Virus record (IMG/VR): IMGVR_UViG_3300004213_000018
Location: 1 to 34,663 of that record
DNA: 34,663 bases
Direction: 5' to 3' (one strand)
DNA from: a virus
Lineage: Duplodnaviria; Caudoviricetes
Positions 25,934 through 33,357 of the stretch are shown one piece after another (the first letter of the stretch is position 1; each line of letters begins with the position of its first letter). The notes beneath the pieces were generated by a model, which was not told the DNA's origin, made no database searches, and saw only the letters and a program-made list of their open reading frames with translations. A program made the translations under genes and the position numbers.

Positions 25934-26391
25934 AAGTCTAGCAGCTCCTTCATAAGCGTCTTGAAGTCTTTACCGGTGAGACTTGCAAGTCGCTCCAACT
26001 CACTCAACTTCCAGTCGTAAGCGTTATACACATTCCCCTTTGCATCTTTCGAACTGGCTTTGGTTTGAGCTTTCTGCGTAACCCCAGTGTGGAAGGCGAT
26101 TTCTACCGGATGAAGTCGTTTTCGATCGGTAAGACGAACGAGGATAGTTCCCAGCTTCATTCGGAGCGCGGCGGTCGCACGGGTCAGGCCGAATGGCATC
26201 TCCGGGGTGGAGCCTTCGCCAGCGTTCAGCCCGTGCTCGGCGGCGAGCCGGCGGCGTTCGCGCTTCGCATAGTCCTCTTCCACACCGATGCGGGCTGCGA
26301 TCGCCTTGACGGAAAGCCCGTCTCGGATCGCCTCAAGCAGGAGATCGTCGCGTGCCTTGATCGCAGCTGCCCGCTCGTCGGCTGTGTGCAT
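25930..26391 (-). CDS. helix-turn-helix protein (possibly two HTH units)
   Basis: DGLSVKAIAARIGVEEDYAKR and LHPVEIAFHTGVTQKAQ. The 3' half is visibly lower in GC. Confidence 0.7.
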   Translation of the reverse strand: MHTADERAAAIKARDDLLLEAIRDGLSVKAIAARIGVEEDYAKRERRRLAAEHGLNAGEGSTPEMPFGLTRATAALRMKLGTILVRLTDRKRLHPVEIAFHTGVTQKAQTKASSKDAKGNVYNAYDWKLSELERLASLTGKDFKTLMKELLDL

Positions 26392-26392
26392 G

Positions 26393-27127
26393 TCATCCCT
26401 CTACATAGCGCCGGCCGGTGCCGTGTGCCTGGATCTGAATGGAGACGCGCGCCTTGGCGCTGGTGCCCATGCAGGCCTTGCAGTCGATGCACTCGGTCTT
26501 CTGACCAGCTTCGTGCGACGCCGGGCAGACAATCTCGACGCCCTTGATAGCAACTTCTCCGATCGGCGTCACGCGGAAGGTGCGATAGCCGAGCGCATGA
26601 GCGTCAGCCATGTCGGTCAGGCTGTCAGCCGAGGCCATGACCAGCGGGTGCCACGTCGCGGCGTCGATCGTGCGCCACTGGTGCGTATAGCCGGTCCAGC
26701 CTTTCGCGGTGGCGACCAGTGCCTTCCACATGTCGGCCGGGGCGGCGGCAGGATCGCCGTAGGTGCCGAGCCGAACCATGCGGTCGGCGACAGCAGCGCG
26801 CGGGTCAAGATCGTCGGCGCTGGCATAGCTGCCGCGCTTGTACGCCGCCCACACGCCGCGCGGGCCGTGCATCAGCGTGACATAGCAGCTGCGCTCCTTG
26901 CCGGTGCCGTCGCCGCGGTGGACGCAGCCGCCACACACGCTGGCGTCGTCGCCGCTGCGCACCGCGTCAATCGGCGGCAGATCGCTGCGCAGGATATAGG
27001 TCTGGATCATCGCGCCGGTCTTGACGTTCGTCGAGCCGGTGCGGATGCCGGTCGCGATGACCACGATAGGCGCGCCGTCGAGCATCGACGGACCCTCATA
27101 CAGGATTACTCCGTTCGCCTGTGCCAT
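26393..27127 (-). CDS. Cys-rich uncharacterised phage protein, possible Fe-S/radical-SAM-related enzyme
   Basis: NVKTG, CGGC...CY, VRLGTYGDP, GYTHQW, MASADS, CPA...CIDCKAC, AHG. Start ATG 27127 with AGGAG. Confidence 0.7.
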   Translation of the reverse strand: MAQANGVILYEGPSMLDGAPIVVIATGIRTGSTNVKTGAMIQTYILRSDLPPIDAVRSGDDASVCGGCVHRGDGTGKERSCYVTLMHGPRGVWAAYKRGSYASADDLDPRAAVADRMVRLGTYGDPAAAPADMWKALVATAKGWTGYTHQWRTIDAATWHPLVMASADSLTDMADAHALGYRTFRVTPIGEVAIKGVEIVCPASHEAGQKTECIDCKACMGTSAKARVSIQIQAHGTGRRYVEG

Positions 27128-27137
27128 GTTAGTTCTC

Positions 27138-27419
27138 CTAGAAAAGTTCGATTGAGCGAAGCCGCCCGCAATCAAAGGTGAGCGTCATCCGACGACGCTC
27201 GTTATAGACGTCGGCGCTGCCACTGAACGTCGTGGATCGGAAGCGCACACCTTCGCCCATGAAATCGGTATCCTGTACGACCAGCCGACCGTCACTGGTG
27301 ACGCGATAGTAGTCGAGGTTGCAGTCCATCGACTTCGACTGGTATTCGTCCAGCGGGTCGGTGCGGTGAAGGTCCGGCAGCTCGATGTTGTCGAGCCGCA
27401 TGGTGTCGAACATGCCCAT
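27138..27419 (-). CDS. conserved-looking phage protein (MGMFD...YQSK)
   Basis: 93 aa with an AAGGA RBS. Confidence 0.7.
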   Translation of the reverse strand: MGMFDTMRLDNIELPDLHRTDPLDEYQSKSMDCNLDYYRVTSDGRLVVQDTDFMGEGVRFRSTTFSGSADVYNERRRMTLTFDCGRLRSIELF

Positions 27420-27431
27420 GCTATGTCCTTG

Positions 27432-27461
27432 AAATGAAAGAGGCCGCCCGAAGGCGGCCTC
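27432..27461 (-). terminator. intrinsic terminator
   Basis: Minus strand GAGGCCGCC-TTCG-GGCGGCCTC-TTTCATTT. Confidence 0.88.
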
Positions 27462-27484
27462 AAGTTTTGATCGGGTTTTGATCG

Positions 27485-27730
27485 TCAGGCGTGGACGCGG
27501 ACGATCTCGGTCGCCTCGTGCGGCACACCGTTGTCGTCCAGCTCGGCCTTGTCGAGCGCGACGGTCGCGCCCTTCTTGACCTCGACGCCGTCCTTGACGG
27601 GGACGGTGTACATGCGGCCCTCGGACAGCTCGATCACGGCTGCGCCAATGTCAGGCTTCAGGTCCACGACCTTGAACTTGTTCTCGGGCTTGGGGTTGGG
27701 GTTGGGGGTCGGTGCGGGGGTGTCGGCCAT
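27485..27730 (-). CDS. small OB-fold-like hypothetical protein
   Basis: 81 aa from ATG 27730 (AAGGAG RBS), strongly biased codons, Pro-Asn linker. Confidence 0.7.
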   Translation of the reverse strand: MADTPAPTPNPNPKPENKFKVVDLKPDIGAAVIELSEGRMYTVPVKDGVEVKKGATVALDKAELDDNGVPHEATEIVRVHA

Positions 27731-27956
27731 CGTCTGCTCCTTCGTTGCGCGGGTGGAAAACGAGCTGGCCCCGGATAACGCGCCGGCCACCAACCAGGTG
27801 GCGCTCCTTGCGGAGCTTCATGCAGCGCGCCCGCAGCCAGTCGTCACGCCAGCGCAGCGATACCGAGAACATGCCGTCGCGTCTAGCGATGAACATGATC
27901 TTCTCCGGTGTCATCTGCGCCTTGCGCTTCTCCTCGAACACCCGATTGTAGCTCAC
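27651..27956 (-). CDS. hypothetical basic protein
   Basis: GTG 27956 (GTGA overlap). The tail overlaps the next gene. Confidence 0.5.
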   Translation of the reverse strand: MSYNRVFEEKRKAQMTPEKIMFIARRDGMFSVSLRWRDDWLRARCMKLRKERHLVGGRRVIRGQLVFHPRNEGADDGRHPRTDPQPQPQAREQVQGRGPEA

Positions 27957-28054
27957 TTGGTGAGCAGCCATGCGAGGAAGACGACGAGGCCCATTATGAC
28001 GAGATAGCACCACCACGGCATAGCCGGTTCGTCGCAGGGGCGGCGCTCAGTCAT
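27953..28054 (-). CDS. 33-aa single-TM peptide
   Basis: Hand translation MTERRPCDEPAMPWWCYLVIMGLVVFLAWLLTK with a GGAGG RBS. Confidence 0.55.
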   Translation of the reverse strand: MTERRPCDEPAMPWWCYLVIMGLVVFLAWLLTK

Positions 28055-29186
28055 TGCGTCCCTCCAGCTGGATGTCGACGACCACGGGGAACCGCGGCAC
28101 GCCGTCCGGCGAACGCATGAAGTAGCGGACGGTGGCCGTGGACTTGTCGGTCACGACTGCACCCATCAGCGCCTTGCCGGCGGCGTAGCTGCCGCGGATG
28201 CCCGCGCCGAACTCGCCGCACTCGCCCCCGTCATTCTGCAGGATCGCGCGCTTGATCGCGCCGGCCCAATTGCCCTTGCCCTCTTCGAGGCGCAGGAGCT
28301 TGAACTCCTTGGTGATGAAGTCCTTCATCTTGAGCAGGCCCTTCGAGCGTCGACCCAGCTCGTATTCGTAGCCGTCAGGGGCGAAGATGCCGCCCTCGTA
28401 ACCGTTGCCGATCGCCTCGCCGTAGGCCTGCCGCAGCTCCAGCTCGCTGGTGATGCGCTCGCCCATGACGACGTGGACCCAGCCCAGCGGCACGTCGGTG
28501 TCACGCAGGATGTCCCACGCCTGCCGCTTGCGCTCGCCGCGGTTGCCTGTGCCGGTCACGAGGTCGTAGATGTGGTACTGCATGATCTTCTCGGCCGCCG
28601 CGAATTGGTCGGCGGTCGGATTCTTCTTGCGGACGATCGAGCTGATCGCGCCGAAGTCCTCGCGCAGGTCATGGTTGTACAGCTCGCCGTCGAAGATGGC
28701 GTCGGGGTAGCGTTCAAACGCCGGAGTCAGCACGGCGTGTAGGTGGGGGACGGCGACGATCGGTTGACCCTGCCGCGTCCACAACCCGTTGATGTCGGCG
28801 ATGCAGCGGATGCCGTCGAATTTGGGATCGAACGTGCCCGCGCCGGGGAACTTGTCGTAGGTCTTGGCGAGCATCGGCTCGATCATCTTGGCCGTGCCGA
28901 CCGTGTCGGGGCTGTCGTGATACTCGCGATCGAGCTGGTGCTTCACGGCCGCGCGCACCTCGAACTCGCCCTGATCGGCGCTGGTCGCCTGCGATTTGGG
29001 CAAAGGCATGGTCCAGCCGCTGGTCGCCTGTTTGCCGTCGGCGAGGCCCGCGAGGGTGCGGTAGCCGCCAGTCTCGTATTCGAGCTGCATGCACCACGTC
29101 CGCAGCTTGCCGAGGCTATCGAGCTTGTAGAGGGTGGGCGTCTGTCCAACGCCGGGGATACCGCTGTCGATAAAATCGAAGCTCAT
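28047..29186 (-). CDS. lig: ATP-dependent DNA ligase
   Basis: PMLA, KFDGIR, FDGELY, YHIYD, GYEG, RSKGLLKMK, GVPRFP. Confidence 0.93.
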   Translation of the reverse strand: MSFDFIDSGIPGVGQTPTLYKLDSLGKLRTWCMQLEYETGGYRTLAGLADGKQATSGWTMPLPKSQATSADQGEFEVRAAVKHQLDREYHDSPDTVGTAKMIEPMLAKTYDKFPGAGTFDPKFDGIRCIADINGLWTRQGQPIVAVPHLHAVLTPAFERYPDAIFDGELYNHDLREDFGAISSIVRKKNPTADQFAAAEKIMQYHIYDLVTGTGNRGERKRQAWDILRDTDVPLGWVHVVMGERITSELELRQAYGEAIGNGYEGGIFAPDGYEYELGRRSKGLLKMKDFITKEFKLLRLEEGKGNWAGAIKRAILQNDGGECGEFGAGIRGSYAAGKALMGAVVTDKSTATVRYFMRSPDGVPRFPVVVDIQLEGRND

Positions 29187-29220
29187 TGACTTGCCTTTCG
29201 CTAGAGAATACTACGCTCGA

Positions 29221-29706
29221 ATGGAGATTATATCACGACCCGATGCGGCAGTTCAAGGACTGCCGCGGTTCTTCACCGGACAGCCGTGTCGCTCCGGTCA
29301 CACCGTCGAGCGATCGACGAAGACCGGGGTGTGCATCGCCTGCACCAAGGTGCGGAACGAGGCACGGATCTCCGCCGACCCCGAGGCGCACGCGCGGCGC
29401 GCCCGAGAGTGGCAGCAGGCGAACCCGGAGCGGAACCGGGCGCAGAAACTGCGCTGGCACCGCCGCCGGAAATACGGCGTTGAAGCCACTGACGTGGAGC
29501 GGCTGGAACGGGAGCAGAAGGGCGTCTGCCCCGGCTGCACCAAGCCGCTCGACCACGCTGGCACACCGCATCTGGACCACGATCATGCGACCGGCGCGGT
29601 GCGCGGGTTGCTGTGTGGTCCGTGTAACCTCACCCTCGGCTATGCCTTCGACGATGCTGCTACGATGCGGCGACTGGCTTCCTACCTAGATCGCTCGTCT
29701 CCATGA
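29221..29706 (+). CDS. endonuclease VII-type free-standing nuclease, copy B (paralog of copy A)
   Basis: SRPDA...LPRFFTGQPCRSGHTVER..C..C; YGV...QKGVCPGC...HLDHDHATGAVRGLLCGPCNLTLG. Antisense to its neighbours. Confidence 0.9.
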   Translation: MEIISRPDAAVQGLPRFFTGQPCRSGHTVERSTKTGVCIACTKVRNEARISADPEAHARRAREWQQANPERNRAQKLRWHRRRKYGVEATDVERLEREQKGVCPGCTKPLDHAGTPHLDHDHATGAVRGLLCGPCNLTLGYAFDDAATMRRLASYLDRSSP

Positions 29707-29850
29707 CCGACGGCGAAGATCGCCGTCGGTGAAGTTGTGGGTCATGTGACCCCGGTTGATGTACCAGTTGATCCACGGCCCGATCGCCTTCGGCACGCGG
29801 TGCTTGAACACCATGCCGCCGGCATAGACCTTGCCGAACTGGCCGCTCAC
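29686..29850 (-). CDS. small hypothetical protein (54 aa)
   Basis: Hand translation MSGQFGKVYAGGMVFKHRVPKAIGPWINWYINRGHMTHNFTDGDLRRRSWRRAI with GTGA coupling. Confidence 0.5.
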   Translation of the reverse strand: MSGQFGKVYAGGMVFKHRVPKAIGPWINWYINRGHMTHNFTDGDLRRRSWRRAI

Positions 29851-30347
29851 GCGCCGGCCGCTGCGGCGGTGATCGCTGCCATGCGGGCGGCGACCTTCTC
29901 GTTGATGATCTTGGCGGTCTGGACGTTGACGGCGTAGTCGACCTGCCGTTCGATGCGCTCGGCCATGTCGGCCAGCTTCTCTTCGACGCGGGTGTTGACG
30001 GTCGTGGCCATCGCCGCCGACAGCTGGCGCTCGACCTCCTTGTCGACCATGTCCTGAAATTCAGGGGTCAACTTGAAGGTGTAGGCGTAGCCCGGCGGCT
30101 TCATCGCGATGCGGGAGTTGAGCAGCTTGGTGACGCGGTTCTCGAACTCGGTCGCCTCGGCCATCGCGTCAAGTGCCGCCTTCATCAGCTCGGGGTTGGC
30201 GGCCGTGATGATCTTGGCCACGTCCTTGTCGATGAACTTGCGCAGCACCTCGCTGATGACGTTGCGCTGCAGCTCGTACTTGAAATCGGGGTCGCTCTCG
30301 ATCAGCGCGGCGACGGCCGGGCGGTCGAGACGGATGGTGATGCTCAT
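29847..30347 (-). CDS. helical/coiled-coil hypothetical protein
   Basis: 166 aa, strongly biased codons, AAGGA RBS. Confidence 0.75.
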   Translation of the reverse strand: MSITIRLDRPAVAALIESDPDFKYELQRNVISEVLRKFIDKDVAKIITAANPELMKAALDAMAEATEFENRVTKLLNSRIAMKPPGYAYTFKLTPEFQDMVDKEVERQLSAAMATTVNTRVEEKLADMAERIERQVDYAVNVQTAKIINEKVAARMAAITAAAAGA

Positions 30348-30413
30348 AAACTTTCATCCTTTTGATTTTTCGGGAAAATCCCCAATTTTAATTTTCAGGG
30401 TTTTTGGAAAGTT
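30348..30413. promoter_or_regulatory. AT-rich intergenic region with palindrome GATTTTT-CGG-GAAAATC
   Basis: Marked local GC drop with A/T tracts; imperfect inverted repeat at 30364-30380. Confidence 0.5.
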
Positions 30414-30674
30414 CTAAGAACTCACCTGCTTGCTGTTCATGATGAGCAGCAGGCCCCTGTCGTCCTCCACGACATACCGTCGCTCGCCGCTCAGCTTCTC
30501 GACCTCGGCGATGATCTGCCCGTCGAACTGGTAATCGCCGCCGCGCTTCTTGACCGCACGGCCCAATGGGACCGTCGGGAGCGCGGCCATTAGCATTTCG
30601 CGGTCGTCGGCGTGGAGATAGTCGGAGCTGCGATTGTCCAGCAGCTCCTTCACGGCATCGTAGAGGCTACGCAT
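30414..30674 (-). CDS. small protein with C-terminal SH3-like (DfrB/R67-like) domain
   Basis: LGRAVKKRGGDYQFDGQII...RYVVEDDRGLLLIM. Start ATG 30674. Confidence 0.65.
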   Translation of the reverse strand: MRSLYDAVKELLDNRSSDYLHADDREMLMAALPTVPLGRAVKKRGGDYQFDGQIIAEVEKLSGERRYVVEDDRGLLLIMNSKQVSS

Positions 30675-31005
30675 TGGGTTTCTTCCGATATTGTTGCTGG
30701 GCGTCGATCGACCGGGCGCTGTGGAAGCCGGCCAGCTCGGCACCCATACGGTCCTTGGCCTGGCTGATGCAGGGCGCACCGGGCAGGGCTTGGCAGGTGG
30801 GGCAAGGCACCTCTCGGGTCTTGCGATCGGTGAACTCGCGAGGCATCGCACCGCCCGTCTCACGGTCGTTCTGCCAAGCAGGCTGCATCTTGTGGATGCC
30901 GTAACCGCGCGATCGAAAGTCGTCGCCATTCGGGATCACGTCGCGCAGCTCGCGCGGCTTGGGGTTGTCCGCCGCGATCTGACGGTAATAGTCATCCATC
31001 GGCAT
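30667..31005 (-). CDS. zinc-finger protein
   Basis: VPCPTCQALPGAPC...FHSAR. Confidence 0.7.
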   Translation of the reverse strand: MPMDDYYRQIAADNPKPRELRDVIPNGDDFRSRGYGIHKMQPAWQNDRETGGAMPREFTDRKTREVPCPTCQALPGAPCISQAKDRMGAELAGFHSARSIDAQQQYRKKPNA

Positions 31006-31261
31006 CGCCGAGTCCTATCGTCGGGTATTGATGTTCAATTTGAACAACGAGGTTGTCATCGGCATCGACCCACCATTTGCCAAGGTCTAGCGTCGTGCCT
31101 CGGCCGTCACACGCAGTGACTTGGCCGTCGCGGTGCGCCGTGATGCTCCAAGAAGGCATCCCCGGAAGATAGTCGCCGAACACTGACCAAGTCGCGTTGA
31201 TGGCCCAGTCGGATGCCCGCTGCTCAGGTGTCGGTGTTGGAATTGAGAAATGCTTCTTCAT
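30992..31261 (-). CDS. hypothetical protein
   Basis: ATGA overlap with the methyltransferase stop; GGAG RBS. Confidence 0.55.
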   Translation of the reverse strand: MKKHFSIPTPTPEQRASDWAINATWSVFGDYLPGMPSWSITAHRDGQVTACDGRGTTLDLGKWWVDADDNLVVQIEHQYPTIGLGDADG

Positions 31262-31944
31262 CCCCATGTCTCCGCCATTGCTTTTGCGATGCCAGGAAAG
31301 GTGCGGCTGCGCTCCTTCCAGCGGTTCGGGCCGGGCGATTGATTGTGGATCACCGACCACCGCTTGTGCTCCGGCGTGCCGGGCTTGGGTGGGATCAGCG
31401 CGGTGTCAGGTTTCTTGAGTGGCGACAGACCTTTGAGCGTGAAGCCGGTGGCCTTGAACGCCTCATCGCCGAACCACCAAGGCTGAACAAAGTGGGTGCT
31501 CATGCCATTCATCGCGCCGTGCAGGATGTGCTCGATCGCGGCGCGGCCGTGCTTGTGCATGACCGGGTTCTCGACGGCGACCTTGGGGATCGGCGCGAGC
31601 AGCAGCTTGGCGAAGAAGTTGGCGCCGGCTTCCATGTCGCGCCAGCGCGGTTCGTTACGCTCGACCCGCACGTCATCGTATTGCGTGCTTTCGTGCGAGG
31701 CGTAGCACGGCACCTCGCGATACAACCACCGCGCGCCGCTGTTGGCGAGATAGGTGCAGGGCGGGTGGGCGATCATCAGATCCCACGGCCCGAAGCGGGT
31801 GATGATGTTGAACACGTCGCCGACCATGTGGTGCGGGCTATCGTCCTCGCTGGGCAGCAGATCGCAGCTCAGGACGTCGTGACCGCGGCGGCGGAAAGCC
31901 TCGCGGGTGCGCCCGCTGTATTCGCAGGCAATCAGCACTCTCAT
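31258..31944 (-). CDS. phage C5-cytosine DNA methyltransferase-like protein (compact type)
   Basis: MRVLIACEYSG, SCDL, DLMIAHPPCTYL (catalytic PC), VENP, QPWWFG, RSRTFPGIAKAMA. Confidence 0.85.
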   Translation of the reverse strand: MRVLIACEYSGRTREAFRRRGHDVLSCDLLPSEDDSPHHMVGDVFNIITRFGPWDLMIAHPPCTYLANSGARWLYREVPCYASHESTQYDDVRVERNEPRWRDMEAGANFFAKLLLAPIPKVAVENPVMHKHGRAAIEHILHGAMNGMSTHFVQPWWFGDEAFKATGFTLKGLSPLKKPDTALIPPKPGTPEHKRWSVIHNQSPGPNRWKERSRTFPGIAKAMAETWG

Positions 31945-32099
31945 ATTCCGATCCTCTTGCACTTGGGCCAGGTCCACAGCTGCCGGAGCGACACCCCGGA
32001 GCTGCGGAGGGCGAGTTTCACGGCCTCCTTGCCGGTGCCGGCCCTGACGTTGCCGGGCGGCAGGCCAGAGCCGGGCAGTTCGACCCGGTAGAGCGGCAT
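31941..32099 (-). CDS. small hypothetical protein (52 aa)
   Basis: Hand translation MPLYRVELPGSGLPPGNVRAGTGKEAVKLALRSSGVSLRQLWTWPKCKRIGI. Coupled at both ends. Confidence 0.55.
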   Translation of the reverse strand: MPLYRVELPGSGLPPGNVRAGTGKEAVKLALRSSGVSLRQLWTWPKCKRIGI

Positions 32100-32335
32100 C
32101 AGCCCGGCCGGCGCAGGTCGGCAAGGGCGCGGGTCAGGTCCATGCTGGCGCGCTTCACCGCGCCGCTGTCCTTGGGGAAGTCCTGATAGTATTTCCGCTC
32201 GTGCGGAGCGTGGACCTTGGCGTTGGCCTCGTCCACGTTGCGACGGTCGAGCGTCTTGACGCGCTTCAGTCGCTTGGCCTTGTCGAGGAAGCGTTCGGCT
32301 TCCTCGATCGCGGTGGTCAGGGTGTCCATGTTCAT
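32099..32335 (-). CDS. hypothetical protein
   Basis: 78-aa helical ORF, coupled. Confidence 0.7.
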   Translation of the reverse strand: MNMDTLTTAIEEAERFLDKAKRLKRVKTLDRRNVDEANAKVHAPHERKYYQDFPKDSGAVKRASMDLTRALADLRRPG

Positions 32336-32628
32336 CGGATCAGCTCCACATCTTTGGGCTGGAGGTTGACGACCTCAACGTCGTCATCGGAATAGAGCGT
32401 GAGGCTGTCATTCATCCGCTCATAGTGGAGCGAACCGGTCAGCCACAGGTAGCGGACACGCTTGCCGTCAAGGTCCGAGGCGGTCGCATCGCGCTCGCCG
32501 GTGCCCTCGCAATCCTCGCAGTCGACATCCTCGCGGTCAGGGTCGTTGCCGTGGGTGTGCCCGGCGCGCACCGAGCGGTCGGATATGACTTGGCCGTGGC
32601 CGTCGCAGGTTTCACACGGGACGCGCAT
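32332..32628 (-). CDS. DnaJ-type zinc-finger (CxxCxGxG x2) protein
   Basis: CETCDGHG and CEDCEGTG. GAGG RBS before ATG 32628. Confidence 0.7.
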   Translation of the reverse strand: MRVPCETCDGHGQVISDRSVRAGHTHGNDPDREDVDCEDCEGTGERDATASDLDGKRVRYLWLTGSLHYERMNDSLTLYSDDDVEVVNLQPKDVELIR

Positions 32629-32854
32629 CGCACACCTCACTATCAAGTTCGAGCCAGAGCCGGGCACCGCACGGCAGGGGCTTGTTGGGGGAGTAGACGA
32701 AGCGACCGACCACGGTGCCGTCCTTCGTCACGAGTTCGATCTCACTGTGGCGCTCCGCGCCGCGGTGATCGCGAAGGATGATCGCCGGGCGCTGCCCGCC
32801 GTCCTTCACGTTGGCCCGGATCGCGTCCTGAGCGACGTGAATTATCCGTCTCAT
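32612..32854 (-). CDS. conserved-looking phage protein
   Basis: IIHVAQDAIRAN...VYSPNKPLPCGARLWLE. GGAGAGG RBS. Confidence 0.75.
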   Translation of the reverse strand: MRRIIHVAQDAIRANVKDGGQRPAIILRDHRGAERHSEIELVTKDGTVVGRFVYSPNKPLPCGARLWLELDSEVCDARPV

Positions 32855-33300
32855 GTTGACCTCTCCAGATAATCCGCTGCTGCTCGAAGCAGCGCGGGGG
32901 AGTCGCGAAATTTGCCGAGACCGAGATTGCAGCTGCCGCAAAGCAACCCTCGTACCTTTCCTGTGGAGTGGCAATGGTCGACGGCCAGTCGTTTGAGTTG
33001 TCCCGAAGCATGCTTCGCACTCTCAAGCTCTCGGCAAATGTAGCATCGACCCTCTTGAGCGTCGTACATTTGACGATATTGCTCTTTCGTCATACCGTAC
33101 TTAGGCAGGGTAGTTTGACGATACTTGCTACGCTCGTCTTCTGCGTAGCATGACTTACACTTCTCTCGCAAACCGAACGGTCGACGCCCCGGAACCGCGG
33201 TGAACGACGACCACGGTTTCTCGGTTTGGCATCGGCCGCACCATGCGACCTGTTCCTGACGCCGCCGTTCGGTCTGACGATGTTGCTCTTGGGTAGGCAT
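32851..33300 (-). CDS. endonuclease VII-type free-standing nuclease, copy C
   Basis: CGRC...CKSC N-terminus; KYGMT...QEGRCYIC...LAVDHCHSTGKVRGLLCGSCNLGLGKFRD. Lower GC. Confidence 0.9.
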   Translation of the reverse strand: MPTQEQHRQTERRRQEQVAWCGRCQTEKPWSSFTAVPGRRPFGLREKCKSCYAEDERSKYRQTTLPKYGMTKEQYRQMYDAQEGRCYICRELESAKHASGQLKRLAVDHCHSTGKVRGLLCGSCNLGLGKFRDSPALLRAAADYLERST

Positions 33301-33308
33301 GTTCGCTC

Positions 33309-33355
33309 CTGCGCTACAGACCAAGTTGCCTTAGCCTGTAGCGCAGTTGCGTCAA
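33309..33355 (-). promoter_or_regulatory. promoter embedded in a 17-bp RNA hairpin that reaches the RBS of nuclease C
   Basis: TTGACG-N16-TAAGGC. Stem CUGCGCUACAGGCUAAG-GCAA-CUUGGUCUGUAGCGCAG (33309-33346) ends in the AG of AGGAG. Confidence 0.7.
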
Positions 33356-33357
33356 GG

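Noticed and set aside
27464-27484. Short tandem GTTTTGATCG duplication
   Set aside because: Only two units beside a terminator, with no further copies found.
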